A stretch of 64,000 nt of DNA. Source: Cycas panzhihuaensis (lineage: Eukaryota; Plantae; Cycadophyta). Made by a program: the position numbers and the translations under genes. The stretch lies in contig CM041465.1 of the NCBI GenBank assembly GCA_023213395.1, positions 154,697,741 through 154,761,740 of the forward strand. The letters are read 5' to 3'. The first letter of the stretch is position 1; every line of letters begins with the position of its first letter. The notes beneath the pieces were generated by a model. That model saw only the letters and a list, made by a program, of their open reading frames with translations. It made no database searches and had not been told where the DNA came from. This document shows positions 41,566-55,406 of the stretch, piece after piece.

Positions 41566-44500
41566 GGTCCCTCTCTTTGAGATGTTGACTCCTCACAATG
41601 TTGGAGATAAGGATATTACTGGATGAAATTATCAAATTTTCAAGTTGATTCATCTGCATCACAACCAACTGGATGTATGAAATACTTAAAAATATTAAGA
41701 TTCTGAAGGTGACATTGATGGCTGGTAAGGATTTTTATCAAGAGGGATTGTAAGAGTTTACTCCTTAGAGAAAATGGGTAAGGTGGTCTGGGGTGTAACT
41801 TTAGCTCCAAGGAATGTTTTTAGGCACGAGACATGGAAAACAATATAGATATTGATGTTTGAAGGGAGTTTAAGGGCATAAGCAACTTTACCAATTTTAT
41901 GAAATATTTTATAAGGTTTATAATAATGTGGGATTAGTTTATGACCTTGATGTGACTTAAGAGACTATTTCTTGTACAGTTAGAGGTGGAGGAATACTAA
42001 ATCTCCAATATCAAAGAATTGATCAAATTAATGGTGATCAACTAGTTACTTAATTTGATTTTAGGTATCAACTAGATTATGTTGAAAGGCATGGAGGATT
42101 TGATCCATCTCTTAGAGGCTTTATTATATAGAGGCCATTCAAAAGTTTATGACTAAGGTATGGTAAGAAGAGGGGTGGTAACCATAGAGGTTTAAAAAGA
42201 GGAATATAGCAATGATAGAATGGTGTGAAGAGTTGTACTAATACTCTACTAGGGAGAGCCAAGAGGTCCATATAGCTTGGTGTTTTGAGATAAAGCAACA
42301 TAGATAAGTTTTATTCAAGACCTCAAATTAACTATATGTTTACAAGTAGTAGGTAAAACTCATATTAGATGAGGTTTTAATAGGCTTAAAGAGTTCTTGC
42401 CAAAACGAGCTAGTAAACTTGGGATCTTAGTCATAAACAATGGATGAAGGGAAGTCATGAAGCTAAAATATGAATTCGACATATAATTTAGAAAGGCTAG
42501 TTAAAATCAAGAATGATGAGGATTGGGATAGAGATCATTATAACCTTAAGATGAGAAAAAGCATCATCCACTTCCTGAGATCAATGGAAAGCAGCTTTAT
42601 AGAGGAGATTGATTAAAGGGATAGCGAGGAAATCATACTTACATATAAAACATCACTAGAATCTTAAGAGACCAAGGAATATACATAGCTATATAAGGGT
42701 GGTGGGTGTTGGCTAAGTCATGATGACAGATATTTTATCAAGATCCATGCATAACCCTTACGATGAAATAATATGCCCCTAGTATTTGAGTTTGGATTGC
42801 ACTAACTCATACTTAGATAATTTTGCATAGAGTTAGTGGTTTTATAATGTTTGAAGAATAATTTTTAGGTGTTAGATATGTTAGTTCAAATAGACATTAT
42901 AAATGAGGATATCATCAAAGAAGATTATGATAAATTTTCAAAGACAGTGGTCAAAATTTTCATTCATTAGATCTTAGAAAGTTATTTGGGCATTACAAAG
43001 GCCAAAGAACATTACACAAAACTTAAAATAGCCATCATATAATTAAAATATTATCATATAGCAGTCTTTTGGGGTAATTAAGATTTGGTAGTAATTAAAC
43101 TAAAAGTATAACTTACAAAAAAATAGTCACACCATTGATTTTATCGAGCATGTCATCTATAAGAGGAGTGGGGAACTTATTTTTCATAGTAATTTTATTT
43201 AGTTCTCTATAATTAATATAAAAGTAGAAGGAAGAATCCTTCTTCCTAATTAAGATAATTGGATTTACATAAGGGCTTTTACTTGGTTGAATTATGCCCA
43301 TGTCCATGAGTTGGGTTGTGAGCTTCTTATTTTCATTCTTTTGAAAATATAAATTGTTGTAGTATCTTAGGTTGATAAGGTCAGAATTGGATTGGAGGTC
43401 AATTATGTAATAGAAGCCATGATCAAGTGGGATAGTACTAAGTAGAGGGATAAATACCTTCTCATATTAGGTAATGATGTCCTAGATATAGGGGTGAATT
43501 TATGGTTTGATTTGAATATTGTTGAGGCAAACTATATATCCTAAGTAAGATCAAGAATGGCATTTCATGTATCCTAGAGAGACCACTTGGTTAGGAGGGA
43601 ACTACATCCCATAAATTTTATAATTTTGACCCATTTATGCTTTGAAAGTGATGAATGGGTTTTTGGGAGAGTTATTCATATTATAAGTTCCTATGGTTTA
43701 CAAACACTAAATCCATAAGATAGAATCAGGTCCTCCTATCGATAAGACATAGAAATCTGACGCCAAAAGGTAAGAACTGATTTGGACTTGGAGGTTTTTA
43801 ATAACACTAGCACAATAGAGCTTCTAGTGCCCTAGCAAAGAATATGTAAAGTCAATTTTTGGTACTATATATAGGTTAAGTTTTTAGGCTATAGAGATAT
43901 TAAAGAAATTAAGTGGCATGCCACCATCAACTAGGATTAATTTTAAAATCTTACAAAGAATGCCTCTAATACATAGGGGTTTAAGACAAGAGGTGGTACT
44001 AACAATAGATAAGGATACTCTGAGGTGAGGGTCTGGGGTAGAGTCTTCATAAGTTTCATCTTCAACCTTAGGTTCAGAGTGAGAGTTAAAGGATTTATCA
44101 ATGGATAGGGATGGGTCAATCGGAAAAAACCATGTATCATACATTATAAAAATGACCATATCCAGAAGTCCACTTTTCTACACACTACATACAAAGGCTT
44201 GCCTCTAATCAACATTATACTTAAGCTTAGAAAGTTTAGAATCTTTTGGTGGATGAATCATCACTTTGTCTATTGGTATCTGAGTGGGTGGGATCATCCT
44301 GTCATAGTCTGGGACATGCGAAGTTAGATTGAGAATGAACGACATCATCAAATTGGGGCTAGAGTCACTAAAAGTTTAACTATTGAGTGTGTAAGAGCCA
44401 AGGGTTATCTCTATAAGTAGTTGAGGATCTATCTACTAGAAATTTAGCATCTACTACTCAAGCCCATTTAAATGCTTCTTTGAGGGAGTAAATTTCCATT

Positions 44501-46556
44501 ATCTTTAGTCTTATCTAAATACGATCTTAAAGTCTAACAACATAAATATCGATTATTATTTGTTTGTCCAAGTTTTGGCTTTATAGCGAGTGATTGTGTA
44601 AAGCTTGAAATTCATCAATATAGGCCTCTACTATTATAGTCTTCTTAATCTGAGTAAGTTGCATGAAGAAGGTTTAACTCCATGTGTCCTCATATTATTT
44701 AAAGAAACAACTAGTGAAGTCGGACCATGTTAGGTAGGAGGGATATTCTTATTTCCACCAGTTAAATAAATGGTGGGCTCATCTATGTAAGTGGATGGAT
44801 GTATATAAGAATGAATTTTCCTTTAACATCGAGTAGAGTAGGAAGTATGACTCTAACTCATTAATCCAACTGTAAGTGCACTCTTTATTCGCATTAGGAT
44901 CAAAGGTAGGAATATTAATTTTATGGTGAAAAAGGAGCCACCTTAGTGTGTAATCTTCTGTAGATGCTTTACTTCCTTGAAGGGGAAGAGGTTGGTTCCC
45001 TATCATATTAGAAGTCCCTATGCTTTAGAGTTGAGATTGTAACAACTATTGGATTTATATAAGAATCTCCACTTTAGTACCATCAAGATCTAATTTTGTA
45101 GGAATGCCAATGAATCTATTATTAACCTCTAGCTTGAAGTTATTTAAGTAATTGGTTAAGTCAATAAATTTCCTTCCTTGTATTTCTATTATTAGAGTTG
45201 TAAAAGGGGTTTAAAGAAGTGGGAATGAGAAGAAAGAAGGGAAAAGGATAAAGTAGGATAGATCAAGAAATAATGGGATGTAAGAAGTAAGGAGTTATTA
45301 TAGGAAAGAAAAGGGGATAAATAGGAGAATGTGAGATGTTTATAGCCAGTTGACCTCAAAATTTACATAAATAGGATATCTGGCCTACTTAGAGAAGTGC
45401 AAAAGCTCATTCAAATGGAGTATATGGGATTTAAGGGAGAGTTGGAGGTCACGTGACCCACCAGTTACCCACGCACTAAAAAACATGAAAACTATTTGCA
45501 AGAACTAACATATTACAAAATGACCAACACAACGAGCTGATCAAAATAAGGTATATGAGCTGTAATAATAGTTTTAATTTATGAACTACTATGAAGCGTG
45601 ACTAAGTGGAGTTTTTTTTTTTTCTTTCCTCTATTTTTATTTTCCTTCTTTTTTTTCTCTCTCTTCTTTTTTCTCTTTTCTTTTTTTTTTTCTTATGAGT
45701 TTAACCACACTAGTAATTTATGAATTTAGATAGTATTATGGAAATTGCTCTCTCTTTCTTTCTTTTTTCTTTTTTTATATACTATGTCTTGAGATCTGGA
45801 TGAAAAAGTGGAACATATGAAGTAGAGTATAAGTAATTGAAGGTGTCATACCAACCACTAGACAAGGTGTGCTTAGTCTTATAGGCCTTCTAATAAACTT
45901 CTGATATAGAAATTTAAGGTAGGTAGCTTTGTGGCATTAATTGCTAACCACTACACTATATGACTTAGGTAGCTAGTATTTTACCTATGCTAGGAAGGAT
46001 TTGGGACCTATAAGTGTCCTCTTATATATCTGAAGGTACGTGGAGGTATAACTCCATATCTAGGTACTCTTTAAGCTTGCTTTAAGAGTATTATCCTTGG
46101 TCCTTCACTTAAAGGATAGAAATCTATGATGCACTTAGCTAGAATAATAAATCCCTATGATTTTTAAAGACCCCTAGTATGGGGTCTCTACCTAACTACC
46201 TAAATAGTTGTCAAGTAAAGTCATCTACCCAAGAAAGAGAGGTGGGAAAGAGAAAGGGTAGCCACTAAGTGGTGTTATCTACCATTAGATTAATGACGCA
46301 GTATGAAAATTAAAATAAATAAATTAAACTAAAAATGAATACAAGGTAAAAATAAAATATTAGATGTTACCTAGGGGAAGAAATTACCCTTCCCTCATGA
46401 TTCCTGAGTTGTGCTAGTTCTATTTCTCAATCTCTATAGAGATATTACTATGACAAAGTCTTTCCTTGATCTCTATTTAGTTAGAGAGAGTACTTGATCT
46501 TTCAAAAAAATTATTAAGTAACTTACCATAATCACAAACGTGGCTCTAATACCACT

Positions 46557-46915
46557 TGATATGTTTCTTTTTAAAAAATTAACCCTACAAAAATATATTA
46601 ATATAAATGGAAGCTAAATATCACCTTAAAGATACAAAGTATACAAATAGATCATAAATTGAACACCAAAGGGAGTACTAAAGTACTTTTTGTTTAAAAG
46701 ATAATAATACTTAATGACCTTTATAAGTGATATTTAACCCTTTAAATAAACATGTGAGGGTCTTCTTCTTTGTGATTCTATTAGTTTCCTTAATAACCTT
46801 ACATCTTATTAGAGGGCTTAGTAGCCCATACACAAATTTTAATAATAAATATCAATCCTTATCCCTTTGGTAGCTCCTCCTTACTAATGATTAAGAAAGG
46901 TAAGATTATGTTACA
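46557..46915 (-). repeat. 5' LTR of element G
   Basis: Aligns with 41207-41565 and adjoins the PBS. Confidence 0.88.
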
Positions 46916-47555
46916 ACCAACCTATGCAAGTCATGTGGTAGTTACGCTACATATAGTTGATAAGATAAGATATCAACTATATGATAAGATATCAAATGAT
47001 TTTATTTCATATGTATTATAAATTTGATACCTTATTCAATTATTATAGCATGTGTTTATTGGAATTAAAGTATGTGGATTGAGTTAGAAGACATGTGGCC
47101 TTTGTAAATAGTCATAACTCTTAAGAATATACCTTTTGCCATATTCCACATAAAAGTGAACTTTATAAAAGCTTTTTATACTATTGATCATTTATATTAT
47201 TTATTTGTAAATCCTTGTGAAGTCTTTTGAGAGCATTTTTTAGCCATTTTTTATTGAATTCTGATTTGGAAGATTGTACGCCTAGTATTGTGAGATAATC
47301 TCTTCAATTTGAAGGATATTTTAAGGCATCTTGAATTATTTTTTGAGCCTTTTTTTAGTGTTTTGAGAATGGTATTAAAGCTTGTTGGTGAGGGGTATAT
47401 AATTGGTGGGTAGTGTTAGCTTACATAACCATTGTTTAGTATGCCCTAATAAGTGTGCCTGAGAAGGAGGTGATCACACTAGCATGGGTATTATCCGAAA
47501 GACTATAAGTCTAGCAATTTAGTGATATTAACTTTTTTTAAGCCTATTTCTTGAG

Positions 47556-49900
47556 ATGGATCATGTGATGTCCAAAGTTATCCTTAATGGAAATAATTTT
47601 GATGAGTAGAAGGCTAATATAGAGTTGATACTCATGGTGAATTAACTATGGGTGATAACTAAGTTGAAAGTGTGTGTGATCCTACTTGACCCTAAAGAAC
47701 ATGTACAACTTTAGGAGAACTAGTGATTATTGAAATTGTCACTAGTATGAGATTAAAGAGCATTGGTTCATAACCCAGATCAACCAAATAAAATTTAGGT
47801 AAAGTTATATGAAACTTTTGAGAAGAAGAAGATGAATAAATATCTAGTTTTAATGTTTGAGCTTGTCAATTCTACAATAGAAGATGAGACCAATAGAAGT
47901 GCCTACCTAAATAAAGTCACTAACTTAAAGAACAAACTAGAAAAGTTGAAGCCAAATTCAATTGATGATGCATTATTATTTATGATTATCATGTTAAAAT
48001 TGTTTACTGTTTTCGTCACTTTCCAAACCATTTATGGTAGAGATTAGGTAATGGAGAGAGAGATATTTAATAGAATAAAAAAAATTATTCTAGCAGAGGA
48101 TACCAAGTTAAAACATGATGGGATTCTTGGAGGTTCTAAGTAAAGTTAAGCCTTAGTCATGAAGATGCAGATAAGAGAGGTCATTCAGAAGAAGAAGTTT
48201 ATATAAAGGTCTGGGAAAAAGTCTCAAGACAAGAAATTCATTAGTAAATATAACTATTACAAGAAGGAAGTCCATTAAGAAAAGAACTATTAGCTCAAAT
48301 GATAGGATAAATGTAAAGCTAGCCATAATAATAAATGGAAGAGTGTAGCAGCACGCTGCATGAAATTGTCAACCTTATCAATTAAGTCATATTGGAGAGA
48401 CTATTAGATATTAGACTTTAGATCATAATGGTACTATGATTATCATTGGAAATACTTATATGTTGTTGATTGAAGGTGTTAGTAATGTTTCTTTAGTAGG
48501 TGGTAAGTTTAAAGGGGTTATTATATACCTAATATAAAGTAGAATTTACTTTTAACCTAAGAAATCTATAAACAAGGAATAAAGATGAAGCTTTATAATG
48601 ATAGATTCTTAATTAAGGATCTTAAATAGAATTTCTTTGTCATTACTACTAGGAAAGTTAGAGATAAATTTTGGGTGTTTGAAAAGTTTAAATCCCAAAA
48701 GAAGTCTTATGCTTTTGTTTTTGGCACAAATAATATAAGTAAGTTATGGCATGATTTCTTGGGTCATTTTAATTATAGAAGTATCACACTATTGAAAAGG
48801 TTAAAAGTGGTGGAAGAATTAACATATGTTTCATGTTCAAATGGTTTTATTGAAGGTGTATGTATGAGAATCATCATCATTATCTTTTTCCTTGAGGCAA
48901 TGTTTAGAGAGCCAAGGACAAGCTTGAGCTTATTCATATAGATGTGATGGGACCACTCTCAAACCCTTCAATATTAGGAGCATAGTATACTTTAGTGTCT
49001 ATAGATAATTACACGAAGAAAGCTTAGGTATATTTCTTGAAGAACAAGTTAGAGGTATTTGATCGCTTCCATATTTAGGAAGTGGGTATTAAAAATAAAA
49101 GTCATAAAAGTATTAAAACATTGAGAAATAATGATGGAAAAGAATATGACAATTATGTGTTTAATCAGTTCTTCTAAGATCATGGTGTAAAATGAGAGTT
49201 TACCATCTTATATACCCCATAACAAAATGGTGTTGCTTAGAGAAAAAAACATACCATGATAAAGATGGCAAGGTGTATGGTACATTCAAGAATCTTGTCA
49301 CTATTGTTTTAGGTATAAGTTGTTGTAATTATTATTTATATTTTCAATAAGATATTCACTCAAGTAGTTTAAAACATAAACCCTGAAGAGAAATAGACCA
49401 GTTATAAACTTATAATTAGTCATTTAAAAATATTTAGATCCATTAGATATGCACATATCCCTAATAAAAGTTACAAGAAGCTCAATCTCTAGAGTTTAAA
49501 GTGTATTTATATGGGGTATTATAATCAAAACCAAGAGTATAAACTATGGAATCTATAGAGGGCTGGAATTATGATTAGTTAGGATATTAAATTTAATGAC
49601 TCATTATAAAATCATACTAGGAAGTCATTAGAAAATCCTTTTTACCCCCCACTTCTTCTATTTTTAGATTTAACAATTAAAGAAAATGATGAGCTAGTTA
49701 CTAAAATTCAAGAGGAAGTTAGGCTAAGTGAAGTGAGTAATAGTGAGGAGTGATCATATGAAAAAGTACTTATAGCACTACATCCTTCTATACTCTTATG
49801 GGCAAAGAAGACAATAAAGGATTTTAGTGTGGTAATATAAACTCTTACTAATGATAGGAGAATATGAAGTCAATATGCTAGTCAAACTCTACTAATAGAC
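47556..49900 (+). pseudogene. copia gag/integrase remnant (element F, 5' part)
   Basis: KLWHDFLGHFN (GAG-pre-integrase), IHIDVMGP, YTP*QNGVA*RK; heavily decayed. Confidence 0.8.
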
Positions 49901-50091
49901 TGTAATGTAACACTACTTTTCTAAGCATTAGTAAGTGGGAAACACCTAAGGGTTAAGGATTGATATTAATTATTAAGATTTCTATATGGGTCACTAAGCC
50001 CTCTAGTTAGGTATAAGGCCACTAAGGCCACGTATAGGATTACAAGAAGAAGACAAATTATATATCTATTTAAAGGGTCAAAGATCACTTG

Positions 50092-50680
50092 TGTTAGATA
50101 ATGTGACAATAATATTTTGTAGGCTAAATTTTTGACAAGTTGGCAGTATGGTCCCCCCCCAAGTTTCCTCGAGGGGTTCCAAGGGGGGCGAGAGCCCCTC
50201 GACCCAAAATGCTAGTAATGAAAAACATACTAAATTATAAAGAGAATCGAGATTGTTTGCTTAAAATACCCTAGATTCTATGGTCGAGATTTGTTCCTTG
50301 TATGACTCTCATATAGCCTAATTTAGGGTGTTTTTTTCATTATATTAATGGTGTTCGATGTATTGGATGTACTGTGAAGAGTTAGGTGGCTGGTTGTTAT
50401 TGATGTGAGTATTCTACTATAGATTATATACATTTCTCTATTCTTTGACAATAAAGATCAATACCTTTCTTGTGTGGATGTTTCACTAGCACACTGTTAG
50501 GGTTTTACCACATTATATCAGGTGCATATGTGATGCTTTAGCTTTTTAACTCATTTTATTGTATTATCTCTAGTTTAAGAACTTGCATGTTAAATTTTAA
50601 TTTTGATTCCTGTAGCTAGTTACAAAATAGTTTAGATCTTAGTGGAAGTTTTAGGTTATTGGGACCTTATCTTCTCAACA
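50092..50680 (+). repeat. 5' LTR of element I (589 bp)
   Basis: Aligns with 54723-55406 except for a missing ~95-bp GC-rich block. Confidence 0.93.
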
Positions 50681-50752
50681 AGTGGTATCAAAGCCACTTT
50701 TATTTTTGCAGTAAGTTTGTGAAGGTTTTGGTGTCGTCTTTTTCTACACCAA

Positions 50753-53700
50753 ATGGCAAAACTAGAGAATACAACATCCAGGATGAAAAAAATCAATGGC
50801 AAGAACAACTTCAGGTTGTGGAAGTTGAAACCATATGATGTTCTAGTATACTAAAGTTTGTACAGAGCTCTTGTAGAAAAATCAAAGAAACCCACAGGGA
50901 TGGACGATGACGAATGGGATAATCTAGACAAAAGGGCTCTTAGCACAATACGATTATGCTTGGCAGATGAAGTTCTATTTAACATCACAGGGGAGCAAAT
51001 AGTAACAGGATTATGGACCCGGTTGGAAGGCTTATATATGACCAAATTAGTGATGAATCGAATTTACTTGAAAAGGAAACTATACTCATTACGAATGAAG
51101 GAAGGTATAAAAATTACTGATTATCTAAATATTTTCAATACTCTTATTTGTCAGTTGGCTAATATCAATGTCACGATTGAGGATGAGGACAAGGCTGTTA
51201 TTTTATTATGTTTATTACTGGAATCTTGGGATAATATTGTCATCTTAATTAGTTTTAGCACTACAGATGAATTAGACTATGATTCTATTGTGAGTGTTTT
51301 ACTGGTGGAAGAAATAAGGAGGAAGTCTAGTCTTAAAACCTCCACACTAAAAGCTATGATAGCAAGGGGTAGAATAATTGAGAGAGGACAAAGCTACAAG
51401 GATACATTGAAGTCAAATTTAAAATGCAAGAAGAGTAAGCTTAGATGTTAAAATTGTAATAAGATAGGTCACCTCAAGAAGGATAGCTACAAAAGGAAAG
51501 AGTTATAGAGAAAGGAAGATCTTGCCAAGGAGGTTAATTAGGTGGAGTCGAATCAAGGTATGGATGATGATGTCTTGGTTACTTGTAATGTTTCTCATTA
51601 TCATCATGATTAGTTATTAGATTTGGGTACTTCACACCATATATGTCTACACAAGAGTTGGCCTTCATCGTACCAACCTCTTAATGGTGGTGATGTGCTT
51701 ATGGAAAATGAAATTTTTTGTAAGATAGTGAGCATTGGTAGAATCAGAATTGAAATATTTGATGGTGTAGTGAGAACGTTAACTGAAGTTAAACATGTAC
51801 CTAATCTGAAAAGTAATCTAATTTCCTTGGGTGAACTAGATTCTGGTGGTTATAAGCACATAGGTCATGAAGGGGTCTTAAAGGTGTCAAAGGGTACCTT
51901 AGTTATTATGAAAGCCTTAGAGAAAGGAAACCTTTATATTTTAGGTGGAAGTACACATGTCAGCCATATAGTTATAACATCAAAGATTGTAGAAGATCTA
52001 ACTTAGTTATGATATTAGAGACTTAGGCACATGAGTGAGAGAGGACTTAAGGTGCTGGGGAACTATAAGTTACTTCCTAATAACTTTGAGATTTGGCTTT
52101 TTACAAATATTATATTTTTAGAAAGCAATGTAGACTTAGGTTTGAAGTAGGGAGTCACACTAGTAAAGGTGTTCTAGATTATGTACATTCAGATGTGTGG
52201 GGACCAGACCCTACAATATCTTATGGAGGATCATTGTACTTTGTCACATTTATAGATGATTACTCTAGAAAGGTATGGGTCTATTTTTTGAAAAAGAAAT
52301 TTAAAGCTTTCAATGTGTTTAAGCAGTTCAAGGCTCTAGTTGAGAAGAGAACTAGTAAGTCAATCAAATGTTTAAGAATTGATAATGGAAGTAAGTTCAA
52401 CTCCTTGGAGTTTGAGAACTATTGCAGAGAAGTTGGGATCGAAAGGCATAAGACCACTAGCTATACTCTGCAGTATAATGGCATAGTTGAGCGCATAAAT
52501 AAAACACTCTTAGAAAGAGCAAGAAGCATGCTAAGTAATGCAAGAGTGGAGTAGGGCTTATGGGCAGAAGTTCTTCAAACAACTTTCTATTTGGCAAACA
52601 AGTCACCATTACTTACAATAGACTGTAAGATTCCTAAAGAGGTATGGACTAGACATCTATGTAACTATTCAAATTTGAAAGTTTATAGTTGCGATGCTTA
52701 TGCCTTAACTGATAAAAGTCAACGTTCAAAGTTAGACCCAATATCCAAGAGATGTATCTTTATTGGTTATGGTGATAGAGATGGTGTGAAGGGATATAGG
52801 CTATGGGATCCTACTACCCACAAAATCACTATTAACAGAGATGTTGTACTTGATGAATCTCTCTTTCTAAAATTAGACAGTGTAGAATTTGAAGTAAAAT
52901 AGGAACAAAAAGTTAAACATCAACAGGTCAAGCTTGAGACCTAGTCATCTTTAGAAATAGAAGAGTAGGAAGATATTTCTGAAGATGAATCTGTAGTATA
53001 TTTATAGGAGTTTATAGACACTCCTTCAATAATTATTAGAAGATCTAGACAAGTTCGTCATCCACCTAACAAGTACAGCCCTTCTATTTCTATTGCTTTG
53101 GTTTCTAATGATAGTGAGCCTACATGCTATCAGGAAGTAGTAGATGATATCCATAGTGAGAAGTGGAAGAGGGCTATGTAGGAAGAGATAGATGCTTTGA
53201 AGAAAAATAATTCATGGGACTTGGTAGAACTTCCACATGGTAGGAAGACTATTGGTTGTAGTGGGGTTTTAAGAAGAAAATATATGTTGATGGAAAGGTT
53301 GACAAATACAGCACAAGATTGGTGGCCAAAGGCTTTGTACATAAAGTAGGTATTGACTTTCATGAGATCTTTTTACCAGTTGTCAAACTTGTTTCAATTC
53401 AAGTTCTGTTAGCATTGGTAGCTTCTCTTGATCTGGAATTAGATTAGTTAGATGTAAAAATAACTTTTCTACATGGAGATTTAGATGAGGATATCTATAT
53501 GGATCAGCTAGAACGGTTTATACAGGATGGCAAGAAAATATTTATTTGCAAGCTTAAGAAATCATTTTATGGCATGAAGCAATCACCCAGGCAATGGTAC
53601 AAGAAGTTTGATGCCTTCATGGAGAGCCAAATTTTTAAAAGAAATGAGTATGACCATTGTGTTTACTTTAAATTCTTAGACAATGGCTTATTCATTATCT

Positions 53701-54674
53701 TGGTGTTGTATGTTGATAACATACTGGTTGCAAGCAAGAGCATGGTAGAAATCAATAAGTTAAAGGCTCAATTGGCTAAGACTTTTGATATGAAGTATCT
53801 AGGAGTTCCAAAATAAATCTTACATATGTAAATACATAGAGATAGGAAAAATGGTAAGCTATGGTTATCACAACAGAAATATGTGGAGAAGATGCTAACC
53901 ATGTTTGGTATGGAAAATTTGAAACCAATGAGTATCCTATTGGCTTCCCATTTCAAGCTTTCCTCGAGTATGAGTCCTAGTAATAAAGAAGAAAACGATT
54001 ATATGTTGTGTGTAACTTATTATAGTGCAGTAGGAAGTTTGATGTATGCCATGGTATGTACAAGACCTGATATTTTACATGCAGTCAGTGTAGTTAGCAA
54101 GTCTATGGCAAATCCAGGAAAGGAACATTTGAAAACAGGAAAATAGATGCTTAAGTATTTGAGAGACACAAGTGACTATTGTATCACCTTTAGAGGTACA
54201 TGTAATCAGGTTTATGGATTTATTGATTTAGACTTTGTAGGAGATTTAAATAAGAGAAGGTCTACTTCAAGTTATGTATTTACTCTTACAAATGGTCCAG
54301 TTAGTTGGATGTCAAAATTATAGAGCATAATTGCATTATTGACTATAGAAGCTGAATATGTTGTTGTGGCACATGCTTATAAAGAAGCAATCTGGTTATA
54401 AAGTCTATTGGTTGAGCTTAGAAGGAAACATGAAAAGGTAAATGTATTTTGTAACAGTCAAAGTGCCATTTACTTAGCAAAGAATCCAGCTTATTATAGT
54501 AGGACAAAGCATATTGCTCTTAAATACCATTTCTTTAGATAGGTTGTGGAAGCAGGTGGAGTGGCACTTGAGAAGGTTAATATAAAACAAAATTATACTA
54601 ATATATTCATAAAATTAGTATTATCAGAGAAGTTCAAATGGTGTTTGACTTCTCTTGGCTTACAGAAAAGATGA
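50753..54674 (+). pseudogene. copia gag-pol pseudogene (element I)
   Basis: ORFs 50858-51451 (Gag), 51623-52006 (protease), 52093-52902 (integrase, LDYVHSDVWGP) and 53499-54146 (RT, LYVDNILV, YAMVCTRPDI). Confidence 0.93.
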
Positions 54675-54722
54675 TGAATGGTCCAAGAAAGGAATTAGGT
54701 AAATTGTTGTCAAGTTAGAGAT

Positions 54723-55406
54723 TGTTAGATAATGTGACAATAATATTTTGGAGACTAAAATTTTGATAAGTTGGCAGTGCAGTTTCTCCCCCAAACTTCC
54801 TTAGGGGGTTCCAAAGGGGACGAGAGCGCCCCTTGGCCAGGGGGTGTGGGGGGTGGTGGAACCCCCCCCCCCCCGCCTATACCACCACCACCACGCAAAG
54901 AGTGGGTTCAAGGGTGATAGCCCCCGACCTGAAAAGCTAGTACTGAAAAGCATACTAAATTGTAAAGAGGATTGGGGTTGTTCACTCAAAATACCCTAGA
55001 TTCTATGGTTGAGATTTGTGCCTTATATGAATTTCTCATATATCCCAATTTAAGGTGTTTTTTCATTATGTTGGTGGTGTTTGATATATTGGATATACTG
55101 TGAAGAGTTGGACGACTGGTTGTTATTCTTATCAGCATTCTGCTACAGATTATATACATTTCTCTATTCTTTGATAATAGAGATCGATGCCTTTCATGTG
55201 TGGATGTTTCCCTAGCACACTACTAGGGTTTTATCACATTATATCGGGTGTATATGTGATGCTTTGGCTTTCTAACTTATTTTATTATATTATCTCTGGT
55301 TTAAGAACTTGCATGTTAAATTTCAGTTTTGATTCCTATAACTAGTTGCAAAATAGTTTAGATCTTGGTGATGATTTCAAGTTATTGGGACCTTATCTTC
55401 TCAACA
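54723..55406 (+). repeat. 3' LTR of element I (684 bp)
   Basis: Aligns with 50092-50680. Confidence 0.93.

Larger units (their letters stand above)
41207..46915 (-). mobile_element. Element G: decayed chromovirus-type Ty3/gypsy (5.7 kb, internal deletion)
   Basis: 359-bp LTRs at 41207-41565 and 46557-46915. PBS complement gctctaatacca at 46543-46554. PPT complement ggtccctctcttt at 41566-41578. RT fragment GIIQPSKSPY...DSSF.FYINYRELNKIT.KNKFP (43113-43307). Confidence 0.92.
50092..55406 (+). mobile_element. Element I: Tork/Tnt1-like Ty1/copia (5.3 kb)
   Basis: LTRs 50092-50680 and 54723-55406 (TG..CA). Perfect TSD acttg (50087-50091 / 55407-55411). PBS tggtatcaaagc at 50683-50694. Gag LDKRALSTIRLCLADEVLFNI is typical of the Tnt1/Tork group. 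Confidence 0.95.
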
